A stretch of 64,000 nt of DNA from an uncultured Actinomycetes bacterium. Lineage in GTDB: Bacteria > Actinomycetota > Acidimicrobiia > IMCC26256 > DASPTH01. The position numbers were made by a program, and so were the translations under genes. The notes below the pieces were generated by a model. It was not told the DNA's origin and made no database searches. It saw only the letters and a program-made list of their open reading frames with translations. Of the stretch, positions 1 through 9,031 are shown piece by piece. The first letter of the stretch is position 1. The number at the start of each line of letters is the position of its first letter. The DNA is taken from positions 613,018-677,017 of the forward strand of contig CAVPKG010000004.1 in assembly GCA_963705625.1 (NCBI GenBank), written 5' to 3'.

Positions 1-1150
1 CGTCGTCGACGATCCGGATCTCGACCCACGGTTCGACGTGCCCGACCGGGACGGGTCCATCGTCCAGCTCGTCGTCGCTCGCCACTGCCCACACGGTGGC
101 GGGCGCACTCTCTGTTGCCCCCAGGCGGTTCTCGAACACGACGCGTGGACCGAAGAGCGGTCGCGCCCGTTGCACGTCGTGCGCGTAGAGCGTCTCGCCG
201 ATGAGCGTGACGAGCCGCACGCTGCTCATGCGCGCGTCGGGCGCGGCGGCGACCAGTGAGCGCAGCACGGATGGCACGAGCGGAAGAACGGTGATCTGCT
301 GCGCAGTGACCCACGCCGCGAAGTCGCGCAGACCCACACTTCGAAGGTCGACGCACGCGGTCGCGGCACTGAAGAACGCTCCGAGTGAGCGAATGTACGC
401 GCCACTGAACCCGAATGATCCCGTGACCGCCACTCGATCGTCGGTGGTGATGCGGTTGGAGTAGGCCATCACCAGGCTCCGCCGAACGAGTCCGTCATGG
501 TCTCGCATGACTCCCTTCGGAGTGCCGGTGGAGCCGGACGTGAAGAGCACGATGGCGAGGCTCGCGGGGTCGATCGTTCGGTCGCAGGGGCGGTCGGTCG
601 ACGAATCGGCGGCGCGTGCGACGTCGTCGAGCACAACGAGCGGAGTCTCACCGGCGATCGTCTTCGCGGCGAGACCGGTGGAACTGCAGCTCACCACCAG
701 CGACGCCTGCGCCTCTCGATGTACGACCGCGAGCCGCTCGACCGGATCTTGTGCGTCGAGCGGCACCGCGACGCGGCCCGCCGTCATCACGCCCAGGACG
801 GAGACGATGCCGTCGATGCCGCGGTCGACCACTACCGAGACCTGCGGCTTCCCTGACCGGTCGTGGGCCTCGACAACGCGCGCGACCGAGTTCGTCGCTT
901 GCAGGAGCTGCATGTACGTCAGTTGGCGTTCGCCGTCGTCGATCGCCACCCGGTCGGGAACTGCGGCCGCGATCTCGCGCAACGCATCGTGAACCGACCG
1001 GACGCGAGGCTCTCGGAGGACGCTGGTTCGCAGCCACGGCCTGCCCTCGACGTCGGGCAAGCGAACCTGCGCCGGCGCCTCGCCTTCCGTTCGCACGCGA
1101 GCAACGGTACCGAGCGAGTGCTCGGCGCGCACAGGGCGCTCGAGACTCAC
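1..1150 (-). CDS. AMP-dependent synthetase/ligase, NRPS-like adenylation-domain protein (5' part; the 3' end lies beyond the window start)
   Basis: Absent from the ORF track because no stop falls inside the window. My own minus-strand translation from GTG at 1150 stays open to position 1. It reads ...VPDRVAIDDGERQLTYMQLL...LAIVLFTSGSTGTPKGVMRD...VTGSFGFSGAY...GETLYAHDV. It is alignable by eye at DNA level with 18.2-19.3 kb. Its GTG overlaps the TGA of the upstream hydrolase (GTGA). Confidence 0.8.
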   Translation of the reverse strand, partial: MSLERPVRAEHSLGTVARVRTEGEAPAQVRLPDVEGRPWLRTSVLREPRVRSVHDALREIAAAVPDRVAIDDGERQLTYMQLLQATNSVARVVEAHDRSGKPQVSVVVDRGIDGIVSVLGVMTAGRVAVPLDAQDPVERLAVVHREAQASLVVSCSSTGLAAKTIAGETPLVVLDDVARAADSSTDRPCDRTIDPASLAIVLFTSGSTGTPKGVMRDHDGLVRRSLVMAYSNRITTDDRVAVTGSFGFSGAYIRSLGAFFSAATACVDLRSVGLRDFAAWVTAQQITVLPLVPSVLRSLVAAAPDARMSSVRLVTLIGETLYAHDVQRARPLFGPRVVFENRLGATESAPATVWAVASDDELDDGPVPVGHVEPWVEIRIVDD

Positions 1151-2074
1151 CCCGAGCAGGCGAGCCGGGTGCAGAGGAACTGGCTGACCCGCGCCAGCAG
1201 GTCGTCGTGGACTTCCGGCTCACCGGCCAGGTTGTGCCCGGCTCCTTCGTAGTAGTGCGCCTCCACATCGTGTCCCTTGGCGCGTAGTGCGGCTTCGAGA
1301 TCTTGTGCCTGTCCCACCAGCGCCGCACCGTCGCCGGTCCCGTGCAGTATCAACGCAGGCGGGCTCCAGGTGCCCAGCCGATCGACGACGTTCACCGCGC
1401 CATCGGGCACGGTGAACCCCGCGCTGTTCCACCCCACATACTTGCCAGAGACGAGCACAACAGGCTCCGGGCGCGCCGCGTTCGCTGCGGAGCGCCGCAA
1501 TACCTGCGCCGCGGCTGCAACCCATCACCGCCAACTGCGTCGACGGGCCCAGCGCGCGATAGGCGGCCTCCACGAGCGAGTCGAGATCGGTCACCACGGA
1601 GTCCGCCGCTCCGTCGAACGATGGCGCGGTCGCGCAGGGGATCCTGCCACTCTGCGGATCCAGGGCGTCGGGGGGCGTGAAGAGACAGCCCACGGCGACG
1701 TCGAATCCGCGCGTGGCGAGCTCGTCGGCGAAGGTGAGGTAGTCGAGGTTGAAACCACCCGAGGAGTCGTCGAGCAGTACCGCCGGATGTCGTCCGGTTT
1801 GCAGGCTTCGTCTGACGGCCAGCAACAACTGCGTTCCGGCTCCTGCAGGGTGGACGTACCACCGGTATGCCTCGTTGGCGACATTGTCGGGACGTGGGAT
1901 CTCCCTGATCGGGGGCAACGTCACCGGCACCGTCGTGGCGGGCGCGGTCGTGACCGTTTGCTCGGTCGAGCTCGGGGGCGATGCCGCGCGAGTGCCGGCG
2001 CCTCCACACGCCGTGGCCATGGCGACGAGCGCGACCCCGAGCGCGAGACCGAAGCGGTGACGCAGGAATGGCAC
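1147..2074 (-). pseudogene. Secreted/lipoprotein alpha/beta hydrolase (dienelactone hydrolase / prolyl oligopeptidase-like), one frame change near 1490
   Basis: Joins ORF fragments 1220..2215 and 1147..1500. The N-terminus VPFLRHRFGLALGVALVAMATACGG has a lipobox-like signal (GTG at 2074). The nucleophile elbow is MGCSRGAG and the C-terminus has LHGTGD...GAGH. Confidence 0.7.
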
Positions 2075-2280
2075 GGGTCGAGTATCACGCCCCTGCCCTC
2101 GATGCGACGAGTCGGAACGCAACCCGCGCAGCGATGCAACTGGACACTCCCGAGACCGTTGCAGTGCCGAGCTGCGCCACTCCCCGTAGGTCGCCCAGGC
2201 TTCGGCTGACCACATGCACGGCTCGGTCGGATGTCGTTGGCCACGACGAGCGTCGCTTGGTTTACTGACGATGTCCGGAC

Positions 2281-3192
2281 ATGCCCGGCGAGGGGAGTGC
2301 TGTGGGTAGGCGCACCGACTCTGGGAAGGGCTCCGTGCGCTCGCCGAGTGACGACGCCGAGCCGAGGATCACCGTCGATCCGTCGAACAGACCCGCGTAC
2401 GACGAAGCGCTGCGCGACTTCTACCACCCTCACTATCACGACGAGAAGGCGACGCCTGCTCGCCGAGCCGCCGAACGAGTCCTGCCGATCGTGTTCTCCG
2501 TCATTGATGTGAGATCGATCGTCGACGTGGGTTGCGGCCCCGGCAGCTGGCTCGCGGTGGCACGCCACATGGGTGTTCGAACCTTGACCGGCGTCGAGGG
2601 CGAGTGGGCCCTCGACTGGTTCGGACCGGATCGCGCCGCCCCTGGCGACTTCGACCTCGTCCTCGCGAATCTCGAAGACGACCTATGTCTTCCCCGAACC
2701 TTCGACCTCGCGATCTGCATCGAGGTGATCGAGCACCTCAGCCCGGCCCGGGGAACGTCGTTTGTCGCCGACCTGTGTCGTTGTGCTCCGCACGTGCTGT
2801 TCGGTGCGGCGATCCCCGGTCAGCGAGGTCCCAACCACTTCAACACTCGATGGCTCTCGCATTGGGCCGCGTGTTTCGCCGCTCACGGGTACCAACCGCT
2901 GGACGTCATACGGCATCGCGTGTGGGGAGACGACGAGCTGCTGGTGCACTACCGACAGAATCCCATCCTGTTCGTGCGCGACGACGCCTACGAAGCCGCG
3001 GTCAGGCGGGCGCTCGCGCTGCCTCCGCCACCGCTGGCAGCGCTCGATCAAGTCCATCCGTGGCTCTACACGCTGCGATCGAACGAGTCGCGCGCCGCGG
3101 CGGCCCCCGGCCTCGGGCACCGCATCCGGCTCGCCGCGGGCATCCCGGGCGCGGCACTACGGCGACTGTGGGGGCCCGGTTCGCGACCCTGA
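2281..3192 (+). CDS. Class I SAM-dependent methyltransferase
   Basis: Intact 303-aa ORF. The SAM-binding motif I is IVDVGCGPGSW, followed by DLAICIEVIEHL. The true start may lie downstream of 2281. Confidence 0.75.
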   Translation: MPGEGSAVGRRTDSGKGSVRSPSDDAEPRITVDPSNRPAYDEALRDFYHPHYHDEKATPARRAAERVLPIVFSVIDVRSIVDVGCGPGSWLAVARHMGVRTLTGVEGEWALDWFGPDRAAPGDFDLVLANLEDDLCLPRTFDLAICIEVIEHLSPARGTSFVADLCRCAPHVLFGAAIPGQRGPNHFNTRWLSHWAACFAAHGYQPLDVIRHRVWGDDELLVHYRQNPILFVRDDAYEAAVRRALALPPPPLAALDQVHPWLYTLRSNESRAAAAPGLGHRIRLAAGIPGAALRRLWGPGSRP

Positions 3193-3248
3193 CCCACGGG
3201 AACAACGCCGTTCAGGAAGTGGCGATCCAGGTCCGGCAGCCGCCCGAC

Positions 3249-5036
3249 TCAGGACAACGGGACGTCGCCGCCACCGTTCGCCTTCGCGATGAAGCCGTCG
3301 GGGTTCGATGTGCCGGCCTGCCCGGGTCCGCCCTGACTCGGGCAACCCGTGCAGTCACCGACGTACTTCGGTGCCGGTGTCGGCCGCGTGTCGAACTCGT
3401 CGACCGACGTCTTCTTGTCGAACCAGCCGAACTGCTTCTTCGGAACGGTGCTGCTCTTGTATCGCTTCGCCCCGTCGGCGTACCACGCCACGCCCTTGCC
3501 GTCGCTGCCGGTGCCCTGCGACGGTCCCGAGGTGTCCGGATCCCACCACACTGGTGCGAAGTCGAGCCCCGATGTGAGGTACTCGTCGTAGGGCAGGCCG
3601 GCCGTCCTTCCGTATCCGCTCAAGCTGCCCGTCGGGTAGCCCTGGGCCGCTCCACCCGACGCCGGGATCGAGAAGAGACCTTGTCGGAAGGTCTTCGGTG
3701 TGAGACCGGGACCGGCGGCCTGGATTCCCGTGAGGAGCCAGGTGAGATGCCCCGGCGTCGCGCTGGCGGATGTTCCGACGGTCTCGCCCCAGTACCAGTT
3801 GAGCGGATTCGTCAACACGGTCAACGACTTCTGCGGCGGCGCCGGCGTCGGATCCGGCAACACCCACGGCGACACGCTCGACAACCCGAACGTGTGCGCG
3901 GACTGCTCGACCGGATAGGCGCGGGCGAGGAGCGCGAGATCGTGATACACGGTGCCGGTGAAGAACCACTCCGGGTACCACTCCTGCCGGGTGGCGTTGT
4001 CCATGAGCGCCTTCGTCATGGCGACATCCGTGAAGAGGATCACGGTGGTGACGCCGGCCTCCTTCATCTTCGTTGCGATGACAGGTGCCTGCTCCTCGGC
4101 GGACGTGGCGTCGCCGCGCGGCGACCCGTTGGCCGTGTAAGGAGACTCGCTCGCAAGCGTTGCGCCGTACTTCTTCAAGTCACTCGTGAGTTGCGCGATG
4201 TCGATGACGCCGTCCATGTACACGGTTCCGAACCTGCGGGTCTGCTGTTGGATATCGGTACTGCCGGCAAACTCTGCCAACTTGTGGGTGAGTTGCTTGC
4301 CGACGACCACGGACGCGTTGACCGCCGCTGCTTGCGCGTCGGTCAACCCCCACCGGTAGGGCGCCTGCGCGAGCGCCTTCTTCGCCGTCGTCGCGTAGCC
4401 GAATACCAGGATCTTGGCCTTCGCCATCTCCGAATCGAGGACGTCGAGGCCGGCTGGGACGAAGTTGATCACGGCGAAGGGCTGTTCCGCCTTGATCGCC
4501 ACCGCGTCCGCGCGTTGCGCGGCCTCGTCGTTGCCGGTCGATACCAGGAACCTCATCTCGATGTCGCGGCCCCATGTCTCGTAGTACTTCATCAGCGGAA
4601 GGAGGTAGTCGTGCACCGCATCCTGGTACGTTCCGCGCGTATTGCCCGCTCGGTTGGTTGGCGCAGTGCCGCCGGGGCTGTTGATCTGCTCGTCGTTCGG
4701 CACGACCGCGAAGACCTTGATGGTGTTCTTGGTGACACCGGGGGCAGTGGCGCCTCCGTTGTTCGCGCCGGCCTTCCACGGCTTCACGCAGACTGCACCG
4801 CCACCCACGACCGTCGAGTTGAAGCGGCCGTAGACGCCGTAGCTCGGGTCGCTGTGCGCGCACTTCGGGTTGTTGAGCGCCGCCGCGGTGCCGATCCCCG
4901 ATCCCGGCGTGGGCTTCGCGGCTCCAGGCGGCAGGTCGACCGCTGCCGCCGCCGGCAGCACCGCGGCTCCGCACAGGGCGACGATCGCTGCGGCCGAAAC
5001 GACGAGACGCGACGCGAGACCTCTCCGATGACTCAT
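3249..5036 (-). CDS. Secreted periplasmic-binding-protein-type solute-binding protein (ABC substrate-binding-like, type I PBP fold), no transporter partners nearby
   Basis: ORF 3249..5075, with the start placed at the internal MSHRRGLASRLVVSAAAIVALCGAAVLPAAAA signal peptide (ATG 5036). The body has alternating beta-alpha segments (IKVFAVVP, ILVFGYA, VTTVILFTD) as in Leu/Ile/Val-binding-type proteins. Family assignment is by resemblance only. Confidence 0.5.
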   Translation of the reverse strand: MSHRRGLASRLVVSAAAIVALCGAAVLPAAAAVDLPPGAAKPTPGSGIGTAAALNNPKCAHSDPSYGVYGRFNSTVVGGGAVCVKPWKAGANNGGATAPGVTKNTIKVFAVVPNDEQINSPGGTAPTNRAGNTRGTYQDAVHDYLLPLMKYYETWGRDIEMRFLVSTGNDEAAQRADAVAIKAEQPFAVINFVPAGLDVLDSEMAKAKILVFGYATTAKKALAQAPYRWGLTDAQAAAVNASVVVGKQLTHKLAEFAGSTDIQQQTRRFGTVYMDGVIDIAQLTSDLKKYGATLASESPYTANGSPRGDATSAEEQAPVIATKMKEAGVTTVILFTDVAMTKALMDNATRQEWYPEWFFTGTVYHDLALLARAYPVEQSAHTFGLSSVSPWVLPDPTPAPPQKSLTVLTNPLNWYWGETVGTSASATPGHLTWLLTGIQAAGPGLTPKTFRQGLFSIPASGGAAQGYPTGSLSGYGRTAGLPYDEYLTSGLDFAPVWWDPDTSGPSQGTGSDGKGVAWYADGAKRYKSSTVPKKQFGWFDKKTSVDEFDTRPTPAPKYVGDCTGCPSQGGPGQAGTSNPDGFIAKANGGGDVPLS

Positions 5037-5127
5037 CAGCGAGTCTTCCCCCGATGGACGCCTGTGCGTGCACACTATTGTCGGAGTGCGAGGGGTTCAG
5101 CGCACGGAGCGAACCGGGGGAGTCACC

Positions 5128-6354
5128 ATGGCGAAGCTCGCAGACGACCGGTACATCGTCATCTCGTCGGACTGTCACGCCGGCGCACCGATGCTCGAGT
5201 ACCGCGACTACCTCGAGGTGAAGTGGCACGACGAGTTCGACGCGTGGGCCGCGGCGTACGAGAACCCGTTCGACGACCTGCGCAGTGCCGAGGCGTATCG
5301 CAACTGGGACTCGGCGCGTCGGCAGCAGGAGCTCGAAGGCGACGGGGTCGTCGCCGAAGTGCTGTTCCCGAACACCGTCCCGCCGTTCTTCCCCACGGGC
5401 CTCTTGGCGACGCACCAGCCCACCACGCGCGACGACTACGACCACCGGTTCGCCGGGATCCAGGCACACAACCGGTGGCTCGCCGACTTTTGTGCGGAAA
5501 CGCCCGGACGTCGCGCCGGGATCGCGCAGATCTTCCTCTACGACGTCGACGATGCGGTCGAGGAGGTCAAGCGAGCGCGGGAGGCGAACCTCTTCGGTGG
5601 CGTCCTGCTCCCAGGCGTGGCCCCCGACTCCGGTCTTCCACCCCTCTACGTGCCGGACTACGAGCCGATCTGGGCGGTGTGCGAAGACCTCGGCATGCCG
5701 ATCAACAATCACGCGGGACAGGCCGCACCCGACTTCGGCAGGTACAAGGCATCGACCGCGGTATTCATCATCGAGCTCAGCTGGTTCTCGCACCGCGTGT
5801 TCTGGCACCTGCTGTTCGGCAACGTGTTCTCCCGCCACCCGAACCTGAAGCTCGCGCTCACCGAGCAATCCTCGGGCTGGGTACCGAGCGTCCTCGCCAT
5901 GCTCGACTCGCAGTACAACCGGTTCCAGACACCCGGCACCGCCGAGTTCCGGATCGCCGGGGCACTCGCGGCAGAGATGGGCATCTCGCCCAGTGAGACC
6001 TGGGCGTGTAACTGCTTCCTGGGTTCGAGCTTCCTCCGGCCGAGCGAATGTGAGCTGCGCTACGACATCGGTGTCGAGAAGATCATGTGGGGCCAGGACT
6101 ACCCGCACACCGAGGGCACCTACCCGTACACGCGCGAGGCGCTGCGCAACACGTTCGAAGGCGTTCCCACCGACGAGATCGCGGCAATGCTCGGCGGGAA
6201 CGCGGCCGAGGTGTACGGATTCGATCTCGACGCGCTCGCAGCCGTAGCCGCGCGCGTCGGCCCCACGGTCGACGAGATCGCGGTTCCCCTCGACGAGATT
6301 CCGGCCGACGCCTACTCCGTGGCGTTCACCGGCGAACAAGCCAAGCCCTGGTAG
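5128..6354 (+). CDS. Amidohydrolase-2 family metal-dependent hydrolase/decarboxylase (ACMSD-like)
   Basis: Intact ORF. The start is placed at MAKLADDRYIVISSDCHAG (ATG 5128). Motifs are SDCH near the N-terminus and WGQDYPHTEG near the C-terminus. It is a paralogue of 7162..8486. Confidence 0.8.
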   Translation: MAKLADDRYIVISSDCHAGAPMLEYRDYLEVKWHDEFDAWAAAYENPFDDLRSAEAYRNWDSARRQQELEGDGVVAEVLFPNTVPPFFPTGLLATHQPTTRDDYDHRFAGIQAHNRWLADFCAETPGRRAGIAQIFLYDVDDAVEEVKRAREANLFGGVLLPGVAPDSGLPPLYVPDYEPIWAVCEDLGMPINNHAGQAAPDFGRYKASTAVFIIELSWFSHRVFWHLLFGNVFSRHPNLKLALTEQSSGWVPSVLAMLDSQYNRFQTPGTAEFRIAGALAAEMGISPSETWACNCFLGSSFLRPSECELRYDIGVEKIMWGQDYPHTEGTYPYTREALRNTFEGVPTDEIAAMLGGNAAEVYGFDLDALAAVAARVGPTVDEIAVPLDEIPADAYSVAFTGEQAKPW

Positions 6355-6361
6355 CCCGCCT

Positions 6362-7108
6362 CTACCGGTACTGCACGGTGACGTGCTTCGCGTACTCCTT
6401 GGCGTCGATCTCGACGTCCTCGAGCACGTGGTAGTAGTCGGTCGAGATCATCATGAGGCGGGCCCCCTCCTGCTGGAGGACGGGCAGGTCCGCGACCGGC
6501 GTGCCCGGGAGATCGCGCAGCACGAGCTTGCCTTCGACCTTCTCGCACGACTCCGGCTTCACGGTCTGGTGCAGCGTGATGAGGAACGGTCCGGCGTCGA
6601 AGCCCTCACCCGACACCGCGGGCAGGAACTTGTACCAGAACTGCACCACCTCGTACGGCTCTGGCGTCGGGAGCTTCTCGGTGACGTCGCCGACGACCTC
6701 GATGATGGTGACGCCCTGGCGCGTGACGCTGGCACGGATGTGGTCGCCTTGGCGCTCGCATTCCATCTGCGCCAACTTCTTCGGCTCGCCGTAGGTCTCG
6801 CGGCTCGGCGTGACCGCGGTCTCGAGGTCGATCGGCATCACTGCGCAGAACTGGCCGAGCTGGTCACCGTACATCGCGTCGAGCAGGAACGAGCAGACGA
6901 TCTCGTGCAGCTTCCCGTTGATCTCGATTCGGGTGAAGTGCACGCGGACGCGGGGCTCGGGCGGCGCGGTGAGCGGCGGCGGCAGCACCGCCGCGTGGAT
7001 CTCGGGGTCGGTGAGGTACGTGACCTCGAGCCTCGCGTTCGCCGGGAAGGGCACGACGGACGCGCCTTCGCCCCGGCGGGGCTCCTGGATCCAACGGTTC
7101 TCGGCCAT
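6362..7108 (-). CDS. Acetoacetate decarboxylase (ADC)-family protein
   Basis: This is the 248-aa C-terminal part of ORF 6362..8341, starting at MAENRW (ATG 7108). The LTDPEIHAAVLPPPL and GEPKKLA segments and the size are typical of the ADC-like beta-cone family. Confidence 0.6.
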   Translation of the reverse strand: MAENRWIQEPRRGEGASVVPFPANARLEVTYLTDPEIHAAVLPPPLTAPPEPRVRVHFTRIEINGKLHEIVCSFLLDAMYGDQLGQFCAVMPIDLETAVTPSRETYGEPKKLAQMECERQGDHIRASVTRQGVTIIEVVGDVTEKLPTPEPYEVVQFWYKFLPAVSGEGFDAGPFLITLHQTVKPESCEKVEGKLVLRDLPGTPVADLPVLQQEGARLMMISTDYYHVLEDVEIDAKEYAKHVTVQYR

Positions 7109-7161
7109 GAACACTCCCTGTTTGTCGGTACGAATGAGGTGCGCTGCTACTTGCCGAACGC

Positions 7162-8486
7162 CTACTTGTCGGTGAGGAGGGCGCCCGCCTCCTCGCCCGT
7201 GAGCCATGGGCGGCCGACCTTCTTGTACGGCTCCCACTTGGCGAACACCGACTCGTCGGTCTGCCCGAGGTCTTCGGGGGTGGGGCCGATCCGGTCGGCG
7301 ATGGGCTGGAGCTTCTCGAGGTCGAAGCCGTAGAAGTCGACCTGGTTGAGCCCGAGGATCTGCTCGGTCTCGTCGACGGGAATGTCCCAGAACCGGTTCT
7401 TCAGGAACTCCCGTGTGTACGGCCACGTGCCTTCGGGGTGGGGGAAGTCGTTGCCCCACATGATGTTGCCGACGCCGATCTCGTAGCGGCGCCCGAGCTC
7501 GCGGCGGCGGACGTTCGACGAGCCGATCTTGACGTTGCGGTCGAAGTACTCGCTCGGCAACATCGTGAGCGATCCCGCGCGTGTTGACCATCTTGCGCAT
7601 GCCGTGCTCGCGCGTCGCCATCATGTCGACCCGCCACAGCAGGTCGGCGGCCCAGTAGCTCCCCGCTTCGGTGACCGCCATCTTCAGCGTGGGGAAGCGC
7701 TCGAACACACCGGTGAGCAACATGAACCACAGCGGACGCGCGGTGAAGAAGATCGTCTCGTACCCGTAGACGCTCATCCAGCCGCTCACGTCGCCGTAGT
7801 CCTCGTGCGCGGCGGGACCCGAGTGGCAGTGCACCGGCAGCTGCAGCTCCTCGCACACCGCCCACACCGGGTCGTAGCGGTAGCTCGTGTACGACTCGTG
7901 ACCACCCCATCGCGGCGGGATGATGATGCCGCCGGTGAGGCCCTCTCCGTGCGCGCGGCGGATCTCGGCGATCGCACCGTCGAGGTCGTCGAGGATCGGC
8001 GCGACGATCAGGCCGGCGCGGCGCTCGGGGCTGTCCTGACACAAGCTCGGCCGCCCAGCGGTTGTACGCGCGTGCGCCCGCGAGCAGATGCTCCGGATCT
8101 GTCGTCGCGATCGGGTTGAAGCCGGCGCCGAAGGGTGCGCCCATCGTGCCGGTGGCAGCGTCAGGACCCGGAAACACCACTTCGCCGGCGACGGCGTCGT
8201 TGTCGAGCTCCTGGTCGCGGGTCGCCGCATCCCACCCGCCGCGGAGGCCGATCTCGTGGAGGCTGTTGCCCTCTTCGTCCTCGCCGAACCACTCTTCCTT
8301 GAACTCGTCGTCGCCGATGAAGTTCCCGGCGCCGCCGGCACCGGCGCGCCGCTCGTCGATGATCCGTTGCCGCTCGGCGAGCTCCTCGTCGAAGTCGTCG
8401 AGGTACTGCGGGTCGAGGTAGTCGCGGTACACGGGGGAGTTCGGTCCCGCGTGGCAGTCGGCCGAGATGACGACGTAGTGCTTCAA
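7162..8486 (-). pseudogene. Amidohydrolase-2 family hydrolase, two frame changes (near 8045 and 7570)
   Basis: Joins fragments 7401..8534 (KHYVVISADCHAG...), the middle of 6362..8341 (...GGIIIPPRWGGHESY...VHCHSGPAAHED...) and 7162..7563 (...MWGNDFPHPEGTWPYTREFL). The start is proposed at TTG 8486, preceded by a G-rich patch. Confidence 0.75.
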
Positions 8487-8563
8487 CGGCGTACCCCCTG
8501 GGATTGCTCGGACGACATGGCCAGCTTGCCACAATTGACGAGGCGTCGCAGGCGCGCGCCATC

Positions 8564-9028
8564 ATGACGGGCATGACCACGCACGAGTTCTCGATGGAGA
8601 TGCCGCACTCGGCGCCACGGATCTGGGCGCTGTTCCAGGACTACGACCGCTGGACGGACTACGCGCCGATGGTGCACCGCGTCGACGTCTTGTGGCCGGG
8701 TGACGAGGACCACAACGGTCGGCTCCGACGGGTGTTCTTCAAGCTGCCCGGAGACCAGACGGGCACTGCGCTCGAACTGGTCACCGACGTCGTGCCCGAG
8801 GTCGGCTACACGTACACGATGCTCTCGCACGACGGGAACGACCAGAAGGGCCACATCCGCCTCGAGGTGCTCGGGCCGAACCGGACCATGCTCCATTTCG
8901 ACGAGACCGCGAACATCGAGCCCGATATCTACGAGTTCATCAACAAGCACAACGAAGACAGCATGCGGGCCGCGTCGCAGTACCTGACGGACCATCCCGA
9001 GTACCGGTCCGACCTCGTAGACGCCTGA
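8564..9028 (+). CDS. SRPBCC (START / polyketide cyclase-dehydrase-like) family protein
   Basis: ORF 8504..9028. The size, W-rich N-terminus (RIWALFQDYDRWTDYAP) and overall pattern fit the SRPBCC fold. The start is either 8564 or 8573. Confidence 0.55.
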   Translation: MTGMTTHEFSMEMPHSAPRIWALFQDYDRWTDYAPMVHRVDVLWPGDEDHNGRLRRVFFKLPGDQTGTALELVTDVVPEVGYTYTMLSHDGNDQKGHIRLEVLGPNRTMLHFDETANIEPDIYEFINKHNEDSMRAASQYLTDHPEYRSDLVDA

Positions 9029-9031
9029 CCA

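Noticed and set aside
2532-5996. Very long ORFs such as 2532..5996 (+, 1154 aa), 4180..6339 (-, 719 aa), 20637..23165 (-, 842 aa) and 57729..60125 (-, 798 aa).
   Set aside because: They are shadow ORFs of a GC-rich genome. They are Arg/Ala/Pro/Gly-rich with no recognisable motifs. They lie antisense to or out of frame with genes that have clear family signatures (SBP, amidohydrolase, SDRs, cupredoxin, proA).
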